Shown here: piece by piece, positions 53,219 to 64,000 of the stretch | How the letters are laid out: the number at the start of each line of letters is the position of its first letter | Numbering within the stretch: position 1 is the stretch's first letter | NCBI GenBank assembly: GCA_976226885.1 | Contig: OZ320313.1 | Coordinates: forward strand, 65,596,001 to 65,660,000 | Length of the DNA stretch: 64,000 nt | Origin: Iphione sp. A-MEVVRFRX5 | Taxonomy: Eukaryota | Reading direction: 5' to 3' | Notes under the pieces: model-generated | The model's input: only the letters and a program-made list of their open reading frames with translations | What the model was told of the DNA's origin: nothing | Databases searched by the model: none | Program-made: the position numbers and the translations under genes

Positions 53219-53799
53219 TACCATATTAGAACAACCTAAACGGGACCTACAAACGAGAACTACAAACATGGTTATTTAAGAATGCTTGGCACAAGTTGTA
53301 TCTTCATAATTTGGACAGCAAGACTCATTTCACACATTTTATAGTACAGTCACACCTAATGCAGCCACCAAGTTTGGGCTGGATGATTTTGGTTGCCCCA
53401 CCAATGTATGGTTTAATGGTTAGATGTACATTGTATTGTTCAGGTTCCAAAAGGGACATATAAGGCATATAAGGAAGACACATAGACACAAGACTGGCTA
53501 TTGTCATAGACATTTATTGGAAACAATTATTCCTTAGGGAATTGCCTTGGATAAGCACTAAAACATGAACAGAAATCAATAAGATCAGTCTCATGTCACA
53601 TAAGATCAGTCAATGTTATATATTAACAATAACTGAGCAATGGTGATGTTTATGTAAAAATGTACTTCCTTTTGAAGAACTGGTAGATTGTGGGCTGGAT
53701 AGTTATCCTCTGGGAGTGAATAGTTTCAGTCGTGGAGGTGGTGTTCATTACTGAGTTGAGGGCAGTGGCAGTGTCCTTAGACAGTCAATACACTGCTGG

Positions 53800-54990
53800 T
53801 GAGTGTGCAGCTTGTTGATATGGGATCCTCATCCTTAACTTATTCCTCTTCCTCCACTTTTCCAACAACCTTCTCCGCCTCCACTTGTCCAGCAAACTTC
53901 TCCATTGCATCTTCAATCAGGTGCTGCTACAATTCTTTGCCCCTAGGAATATGTGAGGGGATATCTGTCATCTCCTCATACTCCTCCCTGGTCAGAGCTA
54001 CTCCTGGCAACTGGAGTCCTTCATGTATCCTCATCATCCTCAACATATTCCTCAGGCTGGGGTAGGGTGAGGTCTGCAGCACTTTGATCCATACAGACAC
54101 CAGCCATCTTGAAACACTTGATGGCCTGCAGCTGCCTTGATCCAGGTCACTACCACATGGACATTGACAATCCTCATGATGGCCACAGGATTATCTCCAT
54201 GGTGTCCACCTTGGCAAGCATATGCCTGAGAGGCAACCTGTGGCAGTGGGCTGCAGCAGAGAGGAAGGTCAGCTTTACGTTGAAGAGAAAGAGGTGCTTT
54301 GGGAATTATCGAGGAGCAATGCTACCTTCTTCCTCTGTGTTGCAATCTTCCTGTTGAAGGTATGGAGCTATCCCTTAAATAGAGAAGTGACCTTCTGGGC
54401 CTTCTTGTTTGATCTCCAACCCTTTGCAGGTTATTCAGGTCCACAAGACCCTCGGCCTTGCCAATGACCAGGGGCTTCTTGAACTGTTCAGACAAGGAGA
54501 CACAGAAGCAGAAAGTCAGTCTCTCCTTGCATCTCCTGCCTCCTACAGCATCACTGCCCTGTATTGCCAGAGTCGTGTCAGGAAGCACCCTGAAGAATAC
54601 CATGGTTTCATCTATTCTATAGATATCCTAGTTTTATCCATGTTGTAGGTATCCTCTCCTGCCACTGCTCATCTGCCTCTTTAGATACACTGGCCCCTTT
54701 CACCAGAGATTTTCATGCTTGATATGCAATGCCTCTACTTAAAGCGGCAGATTCCCCCTTCGGAGGCACTGAACCTCTCCATGCCTAGCTCCTTGTTGAC
54801 TACCATGGCCCTCTCCTTGATCACTGGCTCTAAACACAGGGATTTGCCGCTGATCTTTTTGAATCATGCAGACATGTTCTTATCTGCGAGTGTTGGACAT
54901 ATAGGAGGTATACGGAAGTTTACACCATTCTAATGAAATTTGCTCTCTCCCCTGGATTGGTCTCTCCTGTGAGTTGGTCTTTAATCATGG
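53800..54990 (-). mobile_element. Degenerate Tigger/pogo (Tc1/mariner superfamily, CENP-B-like) transposase remnant
   Basis: Minus-strand fragments occur in the canonical order. HTH-CENPB: VIKERAMVVNKELGMERFSASEGGICRFK*RHCISSMKISGE. DDE start: IDETMVFFRVLPDTTLAIQGSDAVGGRRCKERLTFCFCVSLSEQFKKPLVIGK (DET 54604-54612). Then FNRKIATQRKKVALLLDN (second Asp 54308-54310), LFNVKLTFL, LQP, IKCFKMAG and an acidic tail. Contains stops and frameshifts. Confidence 0.85.
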
Positions 54991-55443
54991 TGTCGAGTGT
55001 AAATATTTAACGTTTCCTACTGATGTAATTATTTCATTTAAAATTTGTTCAATAACGGCAGAACCAAAGCAGTTGAAGAGGAAAGACACTTTATGGTGGG
55101 GAAAAAATTAAGAGAAGTGTTCCAAACTGCCCCTCTCAGCAACCATCCCCAACCTCCTCAGTATGACATTTATTTAGAAAGCTCGCTTCTTTGGTAATGA
55201 TTGTGCACGTGCCCATATCTAACAGTAGTGATGAAGAAATACATGTTCGTCCAAAACGCTTTTTCAAGAGGTATCTTTCGTTTCTCCGCCTGTTCTCGCC
55301 CAACTTAACATGGGTTTTCTTGAGCTCAGTGACCCAACAGTCAGACTGTTACAACTGAATGAATAAGCTATCACTAGTATCAAATACCGAAGACAAGCTC
55401 TTGCTTGGCCGGAATGAGACACTGGCAGACGAACATCTAAACA

Positions 55444-55463
55444 TCACGTGATGCATCACGTGA
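55444..55463. promoter_or_regulatory. Perfect 20-bp palindrome containing two E-boxes
   Basis: TCACGTGATGCATCACGTGA: CACGTG, 6-bp spacer, CACGTG. Confidence 0.5.
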
Positions 55464-58400
55464 CAGGTCATCACCTGGCGGCTGACAGAAACAAAACTGG
55501 GACAGCCGGAATGCACATTCGAGCCGAAAATAGGAAATATGAGCCGGGAAGACGGCAGACGTCGAAAAAAGTCAGGATGCAACCCCAGAACATTGTTCTT
55601 TCGAAAATAATCTCCTTTGAAAGGAATGAATCCTTCATTTTCATGAAAAGACATTGACCACAGAAATATAAAGGATACATTGCAAGTAGACGTTTATGGT
55701 ACATAGAGGTTTATCACAAAAACGTATTTTTTTATAGAGGATAGTTCGAAAATTTATATCAATTCGGAAAAAAATCTTGCAGACACTCCCCAATATCAGC
55801 ACGATATAATTTAGAAGGAAATATTAAAACATAGTATGAATAATGTTGTAGAACTAGAGACGACCTGCACCTGCCTGCAAACTGATCCGAGGCGTTTTCC
55901 CAGCAAGCAGCACTCGTGTATGTTCATTGCAATGGTGTGATTTTCCGGATCGCCGACCAACGTTGCAATTGAAAAAAACAACTTGGTTAGCATTGAATTG
56001 GTTTGTCAGTAGGAGCAATCAAGAAATGTAAGCTTATCGACTTTTACACAATGTGTGCCATGGACTGTGGCTCCAAATGATTACACGAAGGGAGCATCCA
56101 GCCACCGAAACAGAGGCTTTTTGCTTGATTAATACATCCTCTGAAGTGCAAATCTGTAGAGGGATTAACCTCAGCACCCTTTCAAGCAGAAGCAGCGAAA
56201 GTCCCGCTTCCATGAACGAATATGAAGTTTGTAATGACAGTCATTAAAATTATTCTCTCTCGCTGATTATACACGCAAGCACTATCTTCTAGAGAAACGG
56301 TTGTAATAATTATAGCCTCCTTCTTATCTTTGCTCGAGGAGAATCTTCTCCTTTGGTAGATTCCCATGGGGACAAAAAGATACGCTCATTCAGTGGTGTA
56401 TCCTCTGCAGGCAATTAAAGAATGATTAATGATTGTAGAAATTCTACGATAGTGTTCTCAAAACTGATCACTACAAATTATCGCAGAAGACCAGAAGTAA
56501 TCCCTCTGCAGCCGAAGGCATCGGTTACTACTGAAATGTGCAGTGCCTGTTTCCAAATAGGCATCTGGCTGATCTGATGGAAGCTTACTGAGTAAGAAGC
56601 CTCTTAGAAACTCGGACCATTTCAAAAACATTCATCCAGAAAGGTGTCCAATACGACTCTTGCATCGAGAGAGACAACCAACCCACTATAGTGCTTCAAT
56701 GTTGTCTCTACTAATCAATACGCAAGGGAACTGTTTGGGTCGTCTCGGTCGCTTGAAGATGTGTTGACCTCGAGTGGTCCTGACGAGCACAAATATTGCT
56801 TGCCCGAAAACTGTTCTTTGCAACTGGACCCCCTGCACCAGGAGACTCATCTGAATCCTCACGTGACATCCTCACGAGGACTGACACAATCGCCGGCGGG
56901 TTACATGACAGCATCTTGAAGGCTGGGTGCGGATCGGGGAACACCGGAAAAAAATTGCATGCCTGTTGGAGACTGGATGAATTGGGTTTTTCATGCTGTT
57001 GGGTGATGGAATCATTGTCGGTTCTATCCTGGTCCATTCGTGCTAGGACCAGATGTCGCCCTTGCCTGCATTCTCATTCAATAGTGATGGAACAGACCTT
57101 TCTTGTTGAGAGCCACACATTTCGTGGCGAACATGCATGATCAGACTGTCGTTCAAAGGAGGCTGCCAGATATTCTAAGGAAAGGGCTTGTTGGTGTTGC
57201 TTCAGCACGTTAGGAGTCGACGGCTAAGCTTGACAGATTCATTGGTACTGAATACGCGACAGCAGGGATCGCCCGCATTTCGTATTTCCCGCATGTCTAC
57301 AACTGGCCGGATCCATCAAGACTGTTGCCTGACGACAAAGATCGGCAGCGACGGCCGGCAAAGGCGTTGCTGGCTATAGCGTTCGAGTAGTGGGTGTCCA
57401 ATATGCCCTATTAAAAGTCCAACACATTATCCACCATCAATAACGGTCCCATTTGGCCTATGATATACGAGGCGCGCGTAATGGCTCCATATCTGAGCTG
57501 CTCCCATTGAGTACTCCGCCAGTCTTGGAGTCGCTCGAGCAGCCGCAGGGACCGTCGCATTACTTCGCCAACCTTGCTCCAACCCCAGTCTCGCCGCCCA
57601 TATCCTTCCTGTCATTTCTGAGGAATTGTCGCCAGATTTATAGTAGGCGACACTGTGTAGTCACACTCCACCCCTCACCTTCGTACTGGCTGCCCCACAA
57701 GAAACTCGAGTAGTAGAGGAGAGGCAGTCACCTTGCTGAGATTTACCTTGGAGGCTGACTTATTGACCGGGAATATTTACAACCATCAGGCAAGAACAAT
57801 ATGTGATGGGGCCTGTCCTGAGTCCCGTTCGCATTTAAAGTCAATACATCGTACGGTTGATACACCGTCCACAGGAAAATTCCATACGACGTGTACACTG
57901 TCAACATGCATATTGTAACATGCGATGAGGGGATAAAAGAAGTCTGGCAAATGATATCGATCCCTACTTTTATAAGTATATGATGACAGGACACATTTTA
58001 CTGAAATTCCATGGGTGTGCGTATGTGTGTATGATTCCCATGGTTTGCTAGCTGCATTATGTAGGCCCTAACTGTTGGTTGGAACCCGAAAGTATTAAGA
58101 GCATCTTGTGCAGTTCAGGGTGTGTACTTGAAAGTATTTGAACACAATACTGAAGACTGGATGATACAAATGCAGAGCCATTATATTCACTTTAGACTAA
58201 AATACCGGATGTGACTCCTATCGCTGCTTCCACGAATGTACATAATTTAAAATATCGCTGATAGAAGTATGCGTCTGGTGCCGTTATCGCCAGAAGAGAC
58301 TTGTGAATCGTACAGTTGGCAAGAATTACCCGCGCCATACACATACCAGAAATATGAAGAGCGCATGGTAAACATGCCCAGAAAGAGCCTAAGTGCACCA

Positions 58401-61400
58401 AATGACGATGATGTATGTTTTGCATTGACTCTCATCCTGATGTCTAAGGACGTTTGCATGTGAGATTAAAAGTATAAAGAAACGCTGTTAACGTGTTGTC
58501 TTCTAAAAGAAAATCTATTTAGCCTTTTAAGAACAAAAGCATTGAGCTGTTGAGCCAATTACATGAAACATCAAATATAACACGATAATGAAACAGCGTC
58601 AAGATTTGTAGAAAAAACCTTAACTGACAAAATGTAAGGAAAACTGGGCTGGTTGGTACATATTTTGCTTCTTTTGCCAGCTACTTTTTATCTTTAAGAG
58701 AGTCTACAGTTTGTGCCATGAAATGTTAGTTGCTAGTAGCTGTACTCATAGGAGCCATCTTAGAAACAAAATCTTAAAAATCACAAACATAGACAAAAAT
58801 ATATGGAACAAATCCATACCTGTCACAATATCCAGGATATCCATGATTTTAAAACAGTGCTATGATAATGTTATCTGTTTATTAGGAGGCCTTAACAATG
58901 CCCCTCAATTCGATGTAAGTATGCACGGAAGATAAGGCAGTGAGTACTTCTATTCAACTCCACACACCTGGTTTATCATATACAGACGGTTCTCGCAAAC
59001 AGCACACTCCGAAAACCGAAAAATTCAACATCCGAACAGACTGCACTCAAACGGATCGTATTTTACTATAAAAGAGCTCATATAACCAAATTTTTAAAGG
59101 TACATTCACAGTGTACTCAAAAATTAAGTGCCAATGCTAGGGTGAACATAAACAAAGCAGCTGATTGAAGTTTTTACGCATCTCCACCTCTCTGAGGTGT
59201 CCGTTTGAAACTTTTGCACGTCATCGACAGGATGAACAAAGACGAAGCATTTGATTGAAGTGTTGGCTCTTCTCGCTCTGTTCCAGAGACAGCATTAGTG
59301 TGAACAAAGAAGAAGCATCATATTGAAGGGTTCTGAAATCTGAAAAATTTGAAATCTGAACAATTTGGCATGAAACGGTAACCAGTCGGTTTTTACGTTT
59401 TATCTGTATAGTAATGGAAAGAGGACTGGGGACAAAATGGGTGTCAGGAACCCATTCCCCCCATGAAGATGAAATCATTGATGTAGGTTGGTGCAGCCTC
59501 CAGCACATGTACCAACCAACCTCAAGCATACTGTACCAACCAACCCTGATCATGCTTCTTGTGCATGTATGTTGAAACGTATACGATATTTTCCATGTAA
59601 GACAAATGTCGTTTATTTATAGTGCAATTTTACGAAAGACACAAAGATCTATTTCTGATGTCTGCAGTGCAGCCTGCATAATTGTCTCCGACTTACGACA
59701 TCCAAAGTATTTTGCGTCAAAATTTCATTTTTCACTTTCTATTTGTGATATAACATGCAGTGCCACTGAAATGTTCTCAACAGTGGCCCAAAACAAGGCA
59801 ACAATAAAGTCATCATGTACTGAAAAAGAAAGGCAAGAGAAGTTCCAGCTAGGCCATGTCATTAACCAGCCCTGGCCTCCCCTATTTTATATATTAAAAC
59901 ACATGAGCTGAAAAAGTAGATAGACAACAAGTTTAATCATGACCCACAATATATAATTACCAACATCTTATTACTAATCTTAAGAATGGACTTGGAATGT
60001 ATTCCTCATCCACCGTACTTTAAAATAATCAGAGATACATGTTTTACTTCAAATGTCACTCCTAACTTCCAAAGATGACTTTTATATCTCTCCTCAAAAC
60101 ATGTCGTCTTTTCTTATTTCATCAAAGTGTGAATCAGCCGATCACATGTGTCAGAGACTTGTTTTTTTAAAGCCAAACTTCTTTGACATGACGATAATAC
60201 CTCAACAATGCGTGCACCTTCCAACTGAATAGAGAACAACAGACGAGGGCAAAATAATGTCGATGATTGCTTGGAAATTAGGTATCAGTAACACTAATTA
60301 CGAGCCTGTGAATAGATCATTCTGGTGGATGTAATAGTACTCTTTCGTTTTATCTTCTGTCTTGGTAATCAATGCAAAACAAGACTACTTTACACGTGTG
60401 AAAATATGCCAGTAATCCTGCTGTTTGTATTCTGCAATTCCCGACGCGAATCGATCACAGTTCTTTAGTCACAAGCAATTCGTCAAGCAGACTGTTAAAA
60501 TAGTTGAGGGAATTGACAGTGAATTTAGAATGGCTTCGCAGGGTGCTGTCATGGCTAAGCGAATCGTTCAGTAGAGAATTATTTAGACGTTATGCATAAA
60601 GACGCTTTGTATTTTGATTCACATCTTTCAGGCGCTGAAGAGAATAAAGAACTTGCATGAACAGAAAGTAATTTAAGGCAAATTATTTCTTGCCTCTCCT
60701 TTGCTGTAGGAATGCTGAGCCTGAAAATGAGGCATATGTTGAGAATGTATACGTGGAGATAAAAGGTTTAAGTGCATTTGTTGGTGTTAATTTAAAGACT
60801 ACTCGCACCCTGCAAAACTTACACTAAACACGGCAAAGGAGTGGTGTCCTCAAGATGTCCTTTTGAGAAGCACGTCCTGTGACAGCTAACTTGGACATAG
60901 AAAACTAGCCGCATGGAAGTGGGTCGGTACTTTTCACGCCATTGGCCTGGGTGCACCAGGAGCGCTCCCTCCTGTGCCCTCTCTGGCACAAGCTCACAAG
61001 GTTCGCAGCAAAAGCTACAATCTGTCTGGCACTGTGAATTCATAAAGATACTTGGATCGAATACTTTATAGGTTATACATAACTGCTTGCGCGAAGACTG
61101 GTACATGTATACGTATGGTTGGCCGCGGTTTTCCGGGAAACAACATAGGCTGTAAGCAGCAGCGAATGAGCCAACTCCTTACTGCTCACTACCTGCGTGT
61201 AAGAAACACTTTGAATACACTACTTTGGATCTTTGTTGAAGGGCCCAATAACCAGTTTTCTTTGCTAAGTTTAAAAATACTTGAAATTCTGTACCGCGGA
61301 GGAAACTCTGGCTTATCGTTAGCAAATATTTAAAAGGGTGAGATCAATATCCAGATGGAAACCTTAGCGCTACCATTACGCAAAGTCACTGTCACAAATG

Positions 61401-61671
61401 TGTATTTAGGGCGGGTGGTCCATTCTTGTATGATCTGATGCTGTAGAGGCAAATGTGAATATATACATACTATAATTGAGTTCAATCTTAGTTGCTTCAT
61501 GACAGAAATGACTACGTGTAATGTTCGTAACTCAGAGAGAGGCGGAGAGAGAGGAGGGAGCTTGGTGCAGGACGAGAACAATTTGAGAGAAAGGGACAGA
61601 GATAGAGAGGAAGGGCTGTAGCTGGAAGGAATGAGGGCTGATAGGAGAAAAGCAGAGAGTTAAGGATTATT

Positions 61672-61959
61672 CACGTGCATCCGTTTTTCTTTTATGTGAA
61701 TGGATCCATATCCGTAAATACTCTCTGGTGTATCTGTATGTATCTGGTATCCATATGATTCAGGATGTCGTTTTACTATTGCTGCCTAATAAAACCAGAT
61801 ATGTAGCTTTAGAAAATCCATCTTAGATGGTTTTTTGGAGTCTGCCTAAGGATCCGTATCTGTTTTGAATGGATACATATAAAGGCTGGACTGTAATTGC
61901 TACAGAACAGATAATTTTCTACATCTACGGATCCATTTACATAAGGAAATGGATACGTG
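61672..61959. mobile_element. MITE-like foldback element
   Basis: Left CACGTGCATCCGTTTTTCTTTTATGTGAATGGATCC pairs imperfectly with right GGATCCATTTACATAAGGAAATGGATACGTG. The interior is rich in GGATAC/ATCC motifs. Confidence 0.6.
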
Positions 61960-63213
61960 TGACGTCCACCTCAAATGAGACAAAATGGGGGGACAATGAA
62001 AGAGAGTAGAGAAAAGCAGGGAAACAGAGACAAAGAGGCAGAAAGAGAGGTAGAAACCGGAAAGACAGGGATGAGGAGAGGCAGGGAACTGGGCAAACAA
62101 AAAGATTACACGGGGTCAGAAGGGAAGTGGGAAGTAAGCTGCTCATGTATCGTCAATAATGTCTATTTGATTGAGTAGCTTATTGCGTAAACCTCATTAT
62201 GTAAACATCATAACGAGTGAGACAGCTGTATTGATTTGGACCACAAGAGAGATTACAAAAGTAGCATCTGGAGTGAGTATATTGCAACTTATCACGCCTA
62301 ATTATCCAAGTTAATAATGCATAGTATACACTGTGTTTATTATCTAGATACATGTATAGAGCATCTAAGTTTAAAAGCGTTCATTAAAAGTATGATGTCA
62401 TATAAGGGTGTACGTATGTAAGTGCCATACACCGTATGAAAGGTTGAACAAATCGTATTCAAGGCTGAACAAGTCTTATCTCAGTACAGTAGTCATTGAA
62501 GTTTACGTGCTTTTCTGCAAAGAATGGAAGAGATGGAGGAAAGCAAGGTAATTCACAACATCTAAATGATGCATTTGTTCCACATGAACGCAAAGGGAAT
62601 CATGTGATGTTCATGCTATTTCCAACTTTTAAATAAACTGTTGTTACTGATACATTACAGTCATATGATTTTAGCACAGCATCCTTTATTTCTATGTTAA
62701 AAATCAAAATATCTATTTAGATATTTCCCATATATACATTAGAACATGCAGTGTTATTTCATCGGTATGTTTTAGAGCATAGCTTCAGCACTACTCATAG
62801 AGAACAGAGTTCGATACAGGTGTAGGCTCCAAATACAAGTAAACACGCGCTCTACCAACAAAGAAATAGTACTATTTATTTGAAAACGGGAAGGCCACGT
62901 CTTCAACAATCAAACAATAACATCACTGCTAGAAGTCAATTATAGCCAAATGCTTTTAGGTTGAATTAGAGGGGCAGACTGAGCCGGAATGTTCCTATTT
63001 TTTATCAGGAGTTCTATCTACATATATATTCATGTTGAAAAATTTAGTTTTCTACAAGAAAGTAAATTCATCTGATTGTGTGTCTACTATCAGAAAAAAC
63101 TGCTGTATTCTGTAAGGAGGCAACATCCAGATAATGCTTCAGATCATCGCATCTGAAATGATTTGGACGACCGCAACTCACTTTTCGTAAGCATCGCAGT
63201 ATACAGGATATAT

Positions 63214-63385
63214 GCTAGACCCGTAGCCAGGAAGTTTTCTGGGGGGCATTGGACGATACCCCTTATACCTCAGGGGTGGAACATTCTGGTGACACTGGTG
63301 ACCACCTCTATTCCAAAGTATAGGTAGAAATCTTGGACGGGGGTTATCGGACGATACCCCCGACACCCCCTTGGCTACGGGCCTG
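63214..63385. mobile_element. 172-bp non-autonomous DNA transposon (hAT-like MITE) with a 5-bp flanking duplication
   Basis: Termini are TAGACCCGTAGCCAGG and CTTGGCTACGGGCCTG (imperfect inverted repeats). TATGC flanks both sides (63209-63213 and 63386-63390). Confidence 0.7.
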
Positions 63386-63562
63386 TATGCATCACTGTAC
63401 CTTCAGACTTACACTTTAGCTGCTAGACATTATGCAAATGTAGGTTTGTCCTTAACAGTTTCTAAATTTGCCCATCTGTATTGATTGCGAAAGGATTACC
63501 TTTAACCATATATCTTTTATTAGAAATGGGAGGTGAATAGAAAAGATTGGATAATAAAGGGA

Positions 63563-63565
<3 letters not shown>

Positions 63566-63600
<35 letters not shown>
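63566..63600. repeat. (GA)n microsatellite within a purine-rich low-complexity tract
   Basis: Uninterrupted GA run. The surrounding 63540-63960 is strongly purine-biased on the + strand. Confidence 0.92.
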
Positions 63601-63603
<3 letters not shown>

Positions 63604-64000
63604 GAGGAGAAAGAAAACGGACAGAAAGCATAAGGGGGAGGTACAAAAAGAAAAAATACGCTGAGAGAAATATTAAAGGACCAGGAAGGAAGCACAGGTG
63701 ACGAGGAAAGGAAAATAGTGAAAGGAAGCAGGAAGAAAATAGTGATGTTCAGGAAGAGGAGAAAGCGACATATGGGATAACAAAATGGATAGAGAGAATA
63801 GTCTGAGAGGAAGCTGTGGGGGGAGGGGGGTGAATGAGAGACAGCTGGTAAGGAAGAATAAACAAAGTGCATGGAAAAACAAAGATGAATGATAAGAAAC
63901 AGAAGATCGAAGAAAGTGTAAAATAATCCGCAGAGAAGAGAATATCAGGCGAAAAGAGTAATTGTAATTTTACAGTTAACAGCTGAGGTTAGGATGTACG

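Noticed and set aside
1-64000. tRNA, rRNA, snRNA or miRNA genes
   Set aside because: None recognisable by eye; Infernal/Rfam and tRNAscan-SE would be needed to exclude them.

Overview
Eukaryotic (animal) genomic DNA. The organism is probably an invertebrate deuterostome and looks lancelet-like, but that is inference from sequence style and protein similarity. The left 36 kb holds a complete minus-strand quaking/QKI (STAR family, QUA1-KH-QUA2) gene. Its coding exons are 35836-35962, 29104-29234, 21940-22056, 14154-14297, then 6729-6831 OR 6529-6646, 3542-3787 and 1410-1483, giving 313 or 318 aa with all introns GT-AG and phases consistent. The main finding is that the QUA2 RNA-binding exon is tandemly duplicated into two apparently mutually exclusive exons, 82 nt apart. 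Over 26 shared codons they differ by 13 synonymous changes and one amino-acid change: KKMQ as in vertebrate QKI versus KKRQ as in fly HOW. Around this cluster are candidate control features: a branch point close to the upstream donor, an immediate stop codon if both exons are included, complementary intronic elements, QKI response elements, and an upstream acceptor that restores frame only when both QUA2 exons are skipped. The right 28 kb has no recognisable host protein gene. It contains a decayed Tigger/pogo transposase, several MITE-like foldback elements, tandem duplications, promoter-like motif clusters and candidate non-coding exons. Most ORFs in the supplied track are spurious.
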